22,389 nt of DNA from Oculatellaceae cyanobacterium bins.114 (GCA_033764315.1 JANRJA010000072.1:1-22389); one strand, 5' to 3'. Counted from the first letter of the stretch, positions 1 to 8,431 are shown. Made by a program: numbers and translations. The notes: generated by a model from the sequence alone, not told the origin.

Positions 1-55
1 CTATGACTTCATCCTAGAAGCTCTTTTTGGCGCAGCTTCATAAAATATTGGTATA
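1..55. mobile_element. Probable terminal end of an IS/MITE inserted at a TA in the DUF2808 gene; the element continues beyond the left edge
   Basis: The minus strand reads ...GCACCCT-TA-TACCAATATTTTATGAAGCTGCGCC. DUF2808-like similarity stops exactly here, after VPEDAGAPL. The motif resembles TACCAAT...ATGAAG.TGC ends I recall from cyanobacterial TA-targeting elements. The other end and any transposase are not visible. Confidence 0.5.
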
Positions 56-275
56 AGGGTGCTCCTGCATCTTCAGGAACCGTGAGCACTAAACGGTAAG
101 TATCTCCAGATTGATGAGTTTGACTAAGATTAGAGGTCAAACGGACAACACGAGGCGCACGATCGAAAGCATATTGTCCCTCTCCAATGGGTATTGCAAT
201 GGCAGGAGCCGCAAACAATAGAAGTGAACCTGAAATAAGTGTGTTGAGTAGGCGTGAGAATGGGTGGCGAATCAT
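9..275 (-). pseudogene. DUF2808-family secreted protein, N-terminal fragment, apparently interrupted
   Basis: ATG at 275 with AAGGAG upstream; signal peptide (LLLFAAPAIA); FDRAPRVVR...TYRLVLTVPEDAGAPL resembles the DUF2808 N-terminus. An unrelated 14-aa tail and a stop follow, giving only 88 aa. Confidence 0.6.
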
Positions 276-352
276 TGTGAATTCTCCTTGAAATAAAGTG
301 ATTGATGGTTGTAAGAATGAGTATTCGTTCTGTTGAACGATCGCAGATTGAA

Positions 353-841
353 CTACTGAACGAGAAAGAAAATTGCGACCATTAATAGACCGATCGCAAT
401 GCGACGATAGCGAGTTAGACGATGTTGAGGCAGTCCTAACCAACCAAAATGATCGGCAATCATCCCTGCGATCGCCTGTCCAAAAACCACGAATCCTAGT
501 GTTAACGTTGCTCCTAAAGTCGAGATGAAATAAGCACTAGAGGCAATGTACCAGGCTCCAAATACGCCTCCTGTCAAACTCCAGTGAGGGGCTTTCGGCA
601 ATGCCAGCCAATCAGGATGATCAAACCAGTGTGTGGGCAGCAAAGCCGCTAGTGCCAAGAAGCCAACCAAGTAAGAAACATTTGCCGCCAACGGAGCAGA
701 CGTGAGCGATCGCGCTAATTGGGCATTTAAGCTGGCTTGAATCGGTAACAATGCACCGCTTAACAACGCCAACAAAAGATAAAGACAAAGTTGACAGCGA
801 AACCAGAGGCTCCGCGATCGGAACAGAGGCAAGAAGCTCAT
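353..841 (-). CDS. DMT-superfamily transporter, YdcZ/DUF606 type
   Basis: About 5 hydrophobic helices with motifs GALLPIQASLNAQL, PHWSLTGGVFGA and GQAIAGMIADHFGWLG. Confidence 0.85.
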   Translation of the reverse strand: MSFLPLFRSRSLWFRCQLCLYLLLALLSGALLPIQASLNAQLARSLTSAPLAANVSYLVGFLALAALLPTHWFDHPDWLALPKAPHWSLTGGVFGAWYIASSAYFISTLGATLTLGFVVFGQAIAGMIADHFGWLGLPQHRLTRYRRIAIGLLMVAIFFLVQ

Positions 842-926
842 AGCTGAAAGCGTGGGTAAATGAATTGCAGTGAGGTAAATCCTTAAATCTGGAGCGTTAA
901 CCAGCGGAATATTTGGAATTCAAATT

Positions 927-986
927 TACCTTGATATCAAGATACTTTAGTCAAAGATAAAAGTCAAGAATCTCGATATCAAGATA
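927..986. promoter_or_regulatory. Tandem palindromic MarR operator sites
   Basis: TACCTTGATATCAAGATA (927-944, perfect core CTTGATATCAAG), ATACTTTAGTCAAAGATA (942-959) and AATCTCGATATCAAGATA (969-986), lying between the divergent DMT and MarR genes. Confidence 0.8.
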
Positions 987-990
987 TAAT
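985..990 (+). promoter_or_regulatory. -10 element for marR, likely leaderless transcript
   Basis: Perfect TATAAT 6 nt upstream of the ATG at 997, with no Shine-Dalgarno in between. Confidence 0.6.
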
Positions 991-996
991 GACCTC

Positions 997-1497
997 ATGA
1001 AACACGATCGCATTGATGAAATTTTGGAGCAATGGCAGCGCGAGTCTCCGCAGTTGGATGTCTCGGCACTTGCGGTAACAGGGCGCGTCCTGCGAATTGC
1101 TCGCTTACTGGAAAAGCATCGAGAATCCGTTTTGGCAGACTATGGGTTAAACGTCTGGTCGTTTGATATGTTGGCGACGCTGAGGCGACAGGGAGCACCC
1201 TATCAACTCAAGCCGACGGATCTCTATGAACTGTTGATGCTCTCATCAGGAGCGATGACGAACCGGATCGATCGCCTGGAACAAGATGGGGTTGTCATTC
1301 GCATTCGTGATCCAGACGATCGGCGCAGCGTCAGTGTGCAGCTAACTCCCAAAGGGATTGAACTGACAGATACCGTTATGCCTGTGCTGTTTGAACGGGA
1401 AAAACAATTTCTGGAGCAGTTTACGAAAACAGAGGCTCAAACGTTGACGAAATTGCTGCGTCAGTTTTTGTTGATGTTTGACGTGAACAGCAGGTGA
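997..1497 (+). CDS. MarR-family regulator, PecS/HucR/TamR (UrtR)-like
   Basis: N-terminal ILEQWQRESPQLD helix, FDMLATLRRQGAPY, SSGAMTNRIDRLE and wing DPDDRRSVSVQLT. Confidence 0.92.
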   Translation: MKHDRIDEILEQWQRESPQLDVSALAVTGRVLRIARLLEKHRESVLADYGLNVWSFDMLATLRRQGAPYQLKPTDLYELLMLSSGAMTNRIDRLEQDGVVIRIRDPDDRRSVSVQLTPKGIELTDTVMPVLFEREKQFLEQFTKTEAQTLTKLLRQFLLMFDVNSR

Positions 1498-1693
1498 CAC
1501 AGTCTTACTCTCTACCTATTTGCGCCAAACTAAGCGATCGCCTTGTCCCAATCCTTAACAGGCGACCCTTTAAATTGGTATGACATTTTTTTAGTTAAAC
1601 CGACTCATTGGCTGATCGGTACCTATTAACCTATTCTCGATGTATGACCCATGTCCCCTACCCAACCGCTCATCTCCAGCTCCTAAGCCCCAA

Positions 1694-3295
1694 TCACTCA
1701 TGCCCCAACTGAGCAGTCTGCACAAAGCCAACTAACCAATCTTTAACCCGGTAGGTAGCTCGGCAATCATCTTCGTTGTAACAAAGAATGGCATCTAGAA
1801 AAGCGCGATTGCCTGTCGATAACCACTCTGAATACCAATAGATAGACTGGGCACCGTTGGCTCCTTGGTCGCGCCAATTAAAACCTAACCAGCGGGCGAT
1901 CGGTTTCAACGCATAGCTCTCAACAGGTAATATGGCGACCCGAGTAATACGTTCATGCAGATCAACAAAGCGAGTGAGCAAGGGTTCAATCTGGTCGTAG
2001 GGCGTGTCGTAATAATCAGCCAGACGCTTGACGGTTTGCACCTCGTAGGGACAAAAGTGGAAAATGGGAGCAGTGGGATAATGCCACACCAGATCAATAA
2101 ACTTTTGCCAAATGACTCCTTCATCTTCAGGGCGATCGGCAAGCAATGGGTGAAAGGTTTCTGTTTGGTGGAGGCGATCGACGACGAGAACACCATGTAA
2201 ATAAACCAGGTTTTGTTCTGGGGCAGCCTCAATATCGAAATAAAGTTCGATGGGTGCTGTGGGTATCTCGATGTCAGTCAACAAAGGATTAGGGGCAATA
2301 TCCGGTTCAAATGGTTTGACCAGTGCTTGTTGCTGAAGGGTTGATTGCGCCTGCCGAATCAAGCGATGTGCCACTTGAGTCCCAAATCCTGGTAGAGATT
2401 CTAATTGATGGGGATGCACCGTTGCCAGGGATTCAACTGTGGTCAGTTGCAAGTCTTGTAGATGAACATATCGACTGGGGGTAACGCCTGGTAATAGGGA
2501 TAGGTGGCGATCGCGGGTGGCAATGCCATAGCAGTGGCTAAACCAATGGCAAAGATCACAGCGATTGTGAGCAATAAACACATCTGGTGCTTGCGGCACC
2601 GAAAACATTTGCATGCAGTCGTCTAGAATGGTCTGCATTTTGGGCAATAGCTCGACCAGGTCGATCGCATAAATACCTCGTTGGCGCAACACCAAAAAAC
2701 TAGTTTCTGACCAGGTGCCTTGCACAGCTGCTAAGACGTAGGCATGAAACGCTGCTGTGATTTGATAGTCTAGTTTAGGACGCTTTCCCAACTTAATTTC
2801 AGTAGGGACATAACGCCAATTACCAAAATAAGAAGCACCGGGTTCTTTAATCAACAGATCAGGGCAACTGACTAAAACAATGCCATTGCCTTGTGGCAAC
2901 AACAACACGGCACGAGCAATCCGCTCAGCCCCATTTTGCATCAGTTCCAGAGTTGCGGTTGCTCCTGCAATCCAATCACGAGGAGGATAGGTTGCCTGCT
3001 CTACTGGGCTTTCACTTAGAACAAGGCGTTGGTGGTTATAGCTATCTTGTTTGAGTTTGAGGAGATAGTCGCTAGGTGGGTCGCTTTGTTCCCAATCACC
3101 AAAGACATCTAAATACGCTCGGCGGTTGCAGCGTTGATAGTTAAACAACAACTCGTTGGTGAGCCAGAGACGAGGGTTGCTCTCCGCAATAGCAGCTAAA
3201 TTGTGGTCAGGCATCCAAATAGAAGAGGCTGTCGAGCTTCCGTCAGCCTCCGTTAAATTGGGGCGATCGGCATTAACTGGCACCTTTCCTAGCAT
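1694..3295 (-). CDS. TM0106-family RecB-like putative nuclease (true start may be downstream, e.g. 3214)
   Basis: N-terminal YQRCNRRAYLD; PD...EIK motif (SCPDLL...PTEIKLGK); CDLCHWFSHC; HhH-like LPGV/LPGFG; C-terminal RNase H-like YFDIE...YALKPIA...YNEDDC. Confidence 0.9.
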   Translation of the reverse strand: MLGKVPVNADRPNLTEADGSSTASSIWMPDHNLAAIAESNPRLWLTNELLFNYQRCNRRAYLDVFGDWEQSDPPSDYLLKLKQDSYNHQRLVLSESPVEQATYPPRDWIAGATATLELMQNGAERIARAVLLLPQGNGIVLVSCPDLLIKEPGASYFGNWRYVPTEIKLGKRPKLDYQITAAFHAYVLAAVQGTWSETSFLVLRQRGIYAIDLVELLPKMQTILDDCMQMFSVPQAPDVFIAHNRCDLCHWFSHCYGIATRDRHLSLLPGVTPSRYVHLQDLQLTTVESLATVHPHQLESLPGFGTQVAHRLIRQAQSTLQQQALVKPFEPDIAPNPLLTDIEIPTAPIELYFDIEAAPEQNLVYLHGVLVVDRLHQTETFHPLLADRPEDEGVIWQKFIDLVWHYPTAPIFHFCPYEVQTVKRLADYYDTPYDQIEPLLTRFVDLHERITRVAILPVESYALKPIARWLGFNWRDQGANGAQSIYWYSEWLSTGNRAFLDAILCYNEDDCRATYRVKDWLVGFVQTAQLGHE

Positions 3296-3494
3296 GATGA
3301 GGCGAGCAACTAAAGCTACCGATGATTTGCCGATATGAGTTGAAACTCAATTCTGGATGCATGCCAACTTTACTTCTATCATTTCTATCATCACCACGAT
3401 ATTGCGATGACTCAAGCATGGGTTAACTCTATTGTCTATGACTTTAACCTGATTCCACACTTTTTTGGGATATTGATCCCCCATGTTTTTTTGA

Positions 3495-3631
3495 ACAGAG
3501 GCAAAGCATTCAGAAATCCCATCTGCAACGTCATTCCATCTCTCTGCTAAATGGGTTATTTGAGAGCAAAGTATCTGACAAATCTCACCTGCAACTTGAT
3601 GGCAATTCTCTACCGAATGCTTCGCCCCTAC
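3495..3631. repeat. GTAG-type REP-like inverted repeat element
   Basis: Right arm 3613-3631 CCGAATGCTTCGCCCCTAC (reverse complement GTAGGGGCGAAGCATTCGG). Left arm 3495-3513 ACAGAGGCAAAGCATTCAG matches it 14/19, all mismatches being transitions. Confidence 0.7.
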
Positions 3632-3667
3632 TATACAATTCAACAAACTTTGTAGATATCACAACCC

Positions 3668-4864
3668 ATGACGAGTGTAACCGCCACTCCGGCTTCTACC
3701 GAAGAACATCGACAACACTTTCCTGCTTTGGCAAACAAAGCCTATTTTAACTACGGAGGTCAGGGGCCGTTGCCCTTAGAGGCGATCGCTGCGATTCAGC
3801 AAGCTCACGAGTTAATGCAGCGATCGGGGCCTTTCTCAAGTGAGGCCAATGTCTGGGTTGGTCAAGAAATGGGTCAAGTGCGGAGTGCGATCGCCGCTGA
3901 ACTGCACGTTCCTCCTACATCCATCACCCTCACCGAAAACGTCTCAATGGGATGCAACATTCCTCTGTGGGGCATCGATTGGCGACCTGGAGATCACTTG
4001 CTGCTGTCAGATTGTGAACATCAATCCGTGTTTGGCATTGCTCAAGCCCTGCAACATCGCTTTGGGATAGAGCTTTCCGTTTTTCCTTTACTAGATACTC
4101 TAAATAGCGGTGATCCGGTCGCGGTAATTACTCAACATTTGCGTCCCACAACTCGCCTGGTCGCCATCAGCCATGTGTTGTGGAATACAGGGCAAGTGTT
4201 GCCATTGGCGGAGATTGTGGCGACCTGTCACGCTTACCCCGCCAACGCTGCCCCTGTGCGAGTGTTTGTAGATGCGGCGCAATCAGTCGGCATGCTGCCG
4301 CTCAATCTAACCGAATCGGCAGTAGATTTTTATGCCTTTACGGGGCACAAGTGGTGGTGTGGGCCAGCCGGATTGGGTGGATTGTATGTCAGCCCTGAAG
4401 CAGCTGATAGCCTGAATCCAACCTTTGTGGGTTGGCGCAGTGTCGTCAAGGATGACAAAGGATATCCCACAGGTTGGCTCACAGATGGGCGACGGTTTGA
4501 GGTGGCTACCTCTGACTATCCTCTGGGTTTGGCATTGCGAGAGGCGATCGCCCTTCACAATGTTTGGGGCACCGCAGAAGACCGTTATCGTCGCATCTGT
4601 GAGTTGAGCCAATATCTTTGGCAACGGTTAGTAGCACTTGATTCCATCCATTGTCTTGCTACCCATCCTCCTCAATCAGGCCTAGTCTCATTTCAAGTCA
4701 CAACTGGCACTTTGAACCACAATCAGTGTGTTCAACAGCTTGAAAATGAGGGCTTCCTGTTGCGTACATTGCCCCATCCCAATTGCATTCGGGCTTGTGT
4801 TCATTACTTCACTACAGAGACTGAGCTTGATCAATTAGTTACAGCTATTCAAGCGTTGAGTTGA
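3668..4864 (+). CDS. Class V PLP aminotransferase-fold enzyme, L-cysteine/cystine C-S lyase (C-DES-like)
   Basis: FPALANKAYFNYGGQGPLP, SHVLWNTG, VDAAQSVG, FYAFTGHKWWCGP (PLP Lys) and IRACVHYFT. Confidence 0.9.
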   Translation: MTSVTATPASTEEHRQHFPALANKAYFNYGGQGPLPLEAIAAIQQAHELMQRSGPFSSEANVWVGQEMGQVRSAIAAELHVPPTSITLTENVSMGCNIPLWGIDWRPGDHLLLSDCEHQSVFGIAQALQHRFGIELSVFPLLDTLNSGDPVAVITQHLRPTTRLVAISHVLWNTGQVLPLAEIVATCHAYPANAAPVRVFVDAAQSVGMLPLNLTESAVDFYAFTGHKWWCGPAGLGGLYVSPEAADSLNPTFVGWRSVVKDDKGYPTGWLTDGRRFEVATSDYPLGLALREAIALHNVWGTAEDRYRRICELSQYLWQRLVALDSIHCLATHPPQSGLVSFQVTTGTLNHNQCVQQLENEGFLLRTLPHPNCIRACVHYFTTETELDQLVTAIQALS

Positions 4865-4915
4865 GTGAAACTAAGAGCAGGCAAGAGAGAATGGGCTGCC
4901 GTCGTGAGCCAGTCA

Positions 4916-5045
4916 ATCAGGAATTGAGGATTAGAACCCCGTGGGCGATTTCCTCCAGATCCCCGGTTGCTGTGACGCAAATCAGCCTACTTTGAGAATG
5001 CTGAACGAGCAATTGGGGATCTAAACCTCTAGTTGCATATCGCGT
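4916..5045 (+). repeat. Left copy of a ~105-130 bp repeat (MITE/REP-like) with internal hairpin
   Basis: Its reverse complement aligns with 6011-6140. Internal inverted repeat AGATCCCCGGTTGC...GCAATTGGGGATCT (4957-5022). Confidence 0.85.
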
Positions 5046-5229
5046 CATTGGAGGCATTTACTTGGGGGGCATTTACTATGGAAATATCTGTGAAACCTGA
5101 CTGGCGATCGCTCTTTCCCATAGAAGAGTGAACAATAGGGGACAATCTGCTGAATGCGATTGAGTTTTATTGCATTCGACTCTGCTTAACCCACCCTCAA
5201 AGCTGAATACACTCTAAACGATTGACCTC

Positions 5230-5649
5230 GTGCTGCCTTTTGAATTCGTAGTCATTGGTAAGCCCATTTCTCATCAGACCAAAGACCGCAAACGGTTGCA
5301 AACTTGGAAAGAAGAGGTGCGGCAAGCGGCAAAAGCCTGCTGGAAAGCGGATGCTCCTTTAGGAGAGTCGCTCAAAGTGGTGATCACACATTACTATGAC
5401 GTCGTCACCGGGGAGGAGGCAGGCGTTCCAGATAGTGATAATATAGTGAAACCAGTGCGTGATGCGCTGAATGGGGTCATCTACGTAGATGATTATCAAA
5501 TTACAGATTTTATCAGTCGTCGGCGCAATCTAAATGCCTCCTTTCGCGTGAAGGGGATGTCTACTGCATTAGCAGAAGGATTCTGTAAGGGTAAGGAATT
5601 CCTTCACATTCGCATCGAGACGGCACCTGATCCATTAGATTTGAGTTAA
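5230..5649 (+). CDS. RusA-family crossover-junction endodeoxyribonuclease-like protein
   Basis: GTG start; FEFVVIGKP N-terminus; catalytic signature PDSDNIVKPVRDALNGVIYVDDYQI. Confidence 0.85.
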   Translation: MLPFEFVVIGKPISHQTKDRKRLQTWKEEVRQAAKACWKADAPLGESLKVVITHYYDVVTGEEAGVPDSDNIVKPVRDALNGVIYVDDYQITDFISRRRNLNASFRVKGMSTALAEGFCKGKEFLHIRIETAPDPLDLS

Positions 5650-5659
5650 AAAGCTAGAC

Positions 5660-5974
5660 ATGACTACCATGACGGGTCAAATGAGTGAAAACTTATTGGA
5701 GCATCGGCGGCTTTTAAGACTCGCTCGCGAATATCGCCAACGGGGATATGATGTCATTCTCCATCCTTTACCAGAGCAATTGCCGCCCAGTTTGGCTAGT
5801 TGTTCTCTAGATTTGGTGGCAAGAAATGGCAGCAAAGTCGTAGCAGCCGAAGTCAGAACTAAAGAAAACCTGACCCTTAACGGGTCTGAAGATCTGCGTC
5901 GGATTAGTGAATCGGTGCAAAAACTACCCGGATGGGAATTTGAGTTAGTTATCACAAATCCCCGTAGACGCTAA
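5660..5974 (+). CDS. Small restriction-endonuclease-fold protein (REase_AHJR-like)
   Basis: LAREYRQRGYDV...LDLVARNGSKVVAAEVRT...GWEFELVI pattern, typical of Hjc-like PD-(D/E)xK domains; starts 10 bp after the RusA stop. Confidence 0.7.
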   Translation: MTTMTGQMSENLLEHRRLLRLAREYRQRGYDVILHPLPEQLPPSLASCSLDLVARNGSKVVAAEVRTKENLTLNGSEDLRRISESVQKLPGWEFELVITNPRRR

Positions 5975-6010
5975 ATTCTCTCTCATTCATTCTTGTTAAT
6001 CTTTAATCGT

Positions 6011-6140
6011 ATGTGATGTGCAACTTAGAGGTTTAGATCCCGGTTGCTCGTTCAGCATCCTCAAAGGGGTCTGACAAACCTCACCAGAAACCGGGGATCT
6101 GGAGGAAATCGCACACCGAGTTAATCTTGTTAATTCTGAT
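6011..6140 (-). repeat. Right, inverted copy of the ~105-130 bp repeat
   Basis: TGCAACTTAGAGGTTTAGATCCCGGTTGCTCGTTCAGCATCCTCAAAG...AACCGGGGATCTGGAGGAAATCGCACAC matches the reverse complement of 4941-5045. Confidence 0.85.
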
Positions 6141-6243
6141 GCCGTCAGCGGTGCAGACCGTGCAAGGTAATCTCCTCAAGAAGGGCGATCGCTTGTTTTG
6201 GTTTTGTGCTGCACAGATTGTGACCGCAAATTCATAGAACAGT

Positions 6244-6348
6244 TTGATACGGGTTGATACGGAATCTTGCAGTGGAGTATCACTTGACCCCACCACAGCT
6301 TGACTGGTCTGAGTCGTATAAATTTCTGATACTTTTCTGATACTTTTC
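6244..6348 (+). promoter_or_regulatory. Direct-repeat pairs upstream of the DUF928 gene (possible regulator sites)
   Basis: TTGATACGG x2 at a 10-bp period (6244-6262) and TTTCTGATACT x2 at an 11-bp period (6323-6348), sharing a TGATAC core. Confidence 0.4.
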
Positions 6349-6407
6349 AGGAAAACCACAATCAGGTGTGGAAGTAAAATTTGCTTCTGTCTCTTTAGGT
6401 AAAGCCC

Positions 6408-7265
6408 ATGTTGCGTCATTGGTTCCTTGGCAGTCTGATGACAAGCTGTTGCCTTGTATCAATTTTGTGGTCAGCCCCAGTGGGGGCTTGTGGGTTAGGA
6501 GATGCGATTCAAAATCGTCGGAGTTTGCCTGACTGGGACAGGGCAACCTATCCAACTGCCGAGTTGCTGCAAAAAATGAATGAGATTTGGGAGGGCGAGA
6601 AACAAGCGATCGCCTCTCCTGCCAGTCGGTTTAACTTATCTCAAGTCAGTTGGGCATCCCAGGAGATCTTGCCCCCCGGCATTCGACATGATGCCACGAG
6701 ACGATGTGGGGGTGCTCCTTATGCAGGCTATCCGCTGATTGCTTTAGTCCCTGAACAAGCCTATGGACAAACCATTTCCGCGACTCCTAAACTGTTTATC
6801 TATGTGCCGCCTACCTTGGGGTTGAGAGCAGAATTCAGGCTCACTAACACAGAAGAGCAAACAGAGGTGGTCAAGGAATTTACCTTGCCAGAGGGGTCAG
6901 GAATTATTGCCATTACTCTGGAAACACCAGATCATAGTTTTTCTCTGGAAACTGGCAAATTATATGAATGGGATTTTGTTATCCCCGTTGATCCGCTTGA
7001 TCCGAGTGGCGATGCATTTTTGCACGGCTCGATTGAACGGGTTGCCCCTGACCCCACACTAACGGCAGCCCTAGCCCACAGTTCAACGCTTGACCGCCAA
7101 GCTTACTTAGCAGAAGCAGGGCTTTGGTATGACACCTTGGCATCACTCTATGCACTGCGCCAAACAAACTCTACAAATGCGGCTTACGTTAGCCAGTTGC
7201 AACAGGTGTTAGAGTCCGTTGACTTAGGCTACCTTTCGGATAAGCCGATTGTTGCTGAGTTTTAA
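6408..7265 (+). CDS. DUF928 domain-containing secreted protein
   Basis: Signal-like N-terminus; ATRRC, LIALVP, GQTISATPKLFIYVP, LETGKLYEWDF, GSIERV and AEAGLWYDTLASL motifs. Confidence 0.88.
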   Translation: MLRHWFLGSLMTSCCLVSILWSAPVGACGLGDAIQNRRSLPDWDRATYPTAELLQKMNEIWEGEKQAIASPASRFNLSQVSWASQEILPPGIRHDATRRCGGAPYAGYPLIALVPEQAYGQTISATPKLFIYVPPTLGLRAEFRLTNTEEQTEVVKEFTLPEGSGIIAITLETPDHSFSLETGKLYEWDFVIPVDPLDPSGDAFLHGSIERVAPDPTLTAALAHSSTLDRQAYLAEAGLWYDTLASLYALRQTNSTNAAYVSQLQQVLESVDLGYLSDKPIVAEF

Positions 7266-7273
7266 GCTTTCTC

Positions 7274-8431
7274 TTACAAGGCATCCAAAATGGCTTGTAA
7301 CCGCTCAACCGTACGTTGATTTTCAGAGGGGGTACCAATCGTAATTCGCAAGCCACCACTAATTTTACGCACCAGAGTGCCCTCGGCTCGTAGTTGTTGA
7401 AATACCTGATCGAGGGTCGTTTCAGATTGATCGGTCGATCCATCTTCACCTTTGAGCCGTAAAAAAATAAAGTTAGCATCGCTCGACCAAACTCTTAGAC
7501 GAGGATGACTTGACCAAATTGAGAAGAGTTGGTCGCGTTCTGATAAAAGTGCTGGAATCGTGGATAAGAGCGTGTCTCGATGAGCGATCGCCAACTCAGC
7601 GGCAGCTTGCGACAAACTCGGCAAATTGTAAGGTAAGCGTACTTTTTCGAGAGCGGCGATTAACTCAGGATGGGCGATCGCATAGCCTACCCGATGTCCT
7701 GCCAGTCGAAATGCCTTCGACAGGGTTCGCAATACTACCCAGTTGGAATGCTGTGCCAGTTCTGCAACCACCGTAGCTTGACTAAACTCAAAATAAGCTT
7801 CATCCACAACTACCAAAATATGGTCGGGCAAACTCCGCAACCACTCTAACTCAGCAGCGGTGAGGGCGTTGCCTGTAGGAGAGTTGGGATGCACCACAAA
7901 CACGACCCGAATGGGGGGATTTTGAGTTTGAGCGATCGCGGTTTGAGCACCAGATAGATCCATCTCAAAGCTATCGGGCGATCGCCCCACCGTTACCACA
8001 GAAATGCCCAGCGTCTGAGCGGTAATGCCATACATTGAGAAAGTGGGCTGTGCCACCAAAATTGATCCGGCTCCATTCAAGCAAGTAGCAATCAAAATCG
8101 AGCGAATCAGTTCATCAGATCCATTGCTGACAGAAATTTGAGTTAGGTCTAATGGAGTCGTGAGGACGGCCGATTCTGTGACATATTTGGCGATCGCCCC
8201 TTTTAGTTCAGCATGAGAGCCATCAGGATAACGGTTTGACTCGATCTCTTGTTGCACCAACCCACTCAGCTTTTGTTTTAGCTCGTCTGACAGGTCTACT
8301 GGGCTTTCATTAGTGTCCAGCCGATCAAGCGTTTGCGGATCTTTTGCTGAGGCAGCATGTGTTCCCGTACCCCCTGGATGCGGCGTATAAGCAACGAGTT
8401 GAGCCAGATCTGTGCGGAGGTAAGGAAGCAT
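7274..8431 (-). CDS. hisC: Histidinol-phosphate aminotransferase
   Basis: [57 protein letters not shown] and LRITIGT. Confidence 0.93.
   Translation of the reverse strand: MLPYLRTDLAQLVAYTPHPGGTGTHAASAKDPQTLDRLDTNESPVDLSDELKQKLSGLVQQEIESNRYPDGSHAELKGAIAKYVTESAVLTTPLDLTQISVSNGSDELIRSILIATCLNGAGSILVAQPTFSMYGITAQTLGISVVTVGRSPDSFEMDLSGAQTAIAQTQNPPIRVVFVVHPNSPTGNALTAAELEWLRSLPDHILVVVDEAYFEFSQATVVAELAQHSNWVVLRTLSKAFRLAGHRVGYAIAHPELIAALEKVRLPYNLPSLSQAAAELAIAHRDTLLSTIPALLSERDQLFSIWSSHPRLRVWSSDANFIFLRLKGEDGSTDQSETTLDQVFQQLRAEGTLVRKISGGLRITIGTPSENQRTVERLQAILDAL

Noticed and set aside
276-443. N-terminal extension of ORF 9..443
   Set aside because: It overlaps the DMT gene; the ATG at 275 has an AAGGAG RBS and begins a signal peptide.
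1510-1583. Possible decayed MITE ending ...TTTAAATTGGTATGA
   Set aside because: Only a short, weak partner arm (TCTACCTATTT); insufficient support.
1694-3295. Cas4-like motif as evidence for a CRISPR-Cas locus
   Set aside because: The architecture is that of TM0106; no other cas genes and no repeat-spacer array were seen anywhere in the window.
3347-3646. 99-aa minus-strand ORF
   Set aside because: It reads through the REP-like element (VGAKHS...ECFASV is the translated repeat) in a divergent promoter region; likely spurious.
5230-5649. RusA as a prophage marker
   Set aside because: No integrase, structural, replication or lysis genes nearby.
6081-6555. Minus-strand ORFs 6081..6419 and 6280..6555
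   Set aside because: They overlap the DUF928 start/promoter and the inverted repeat, and show no recognisable motifs.
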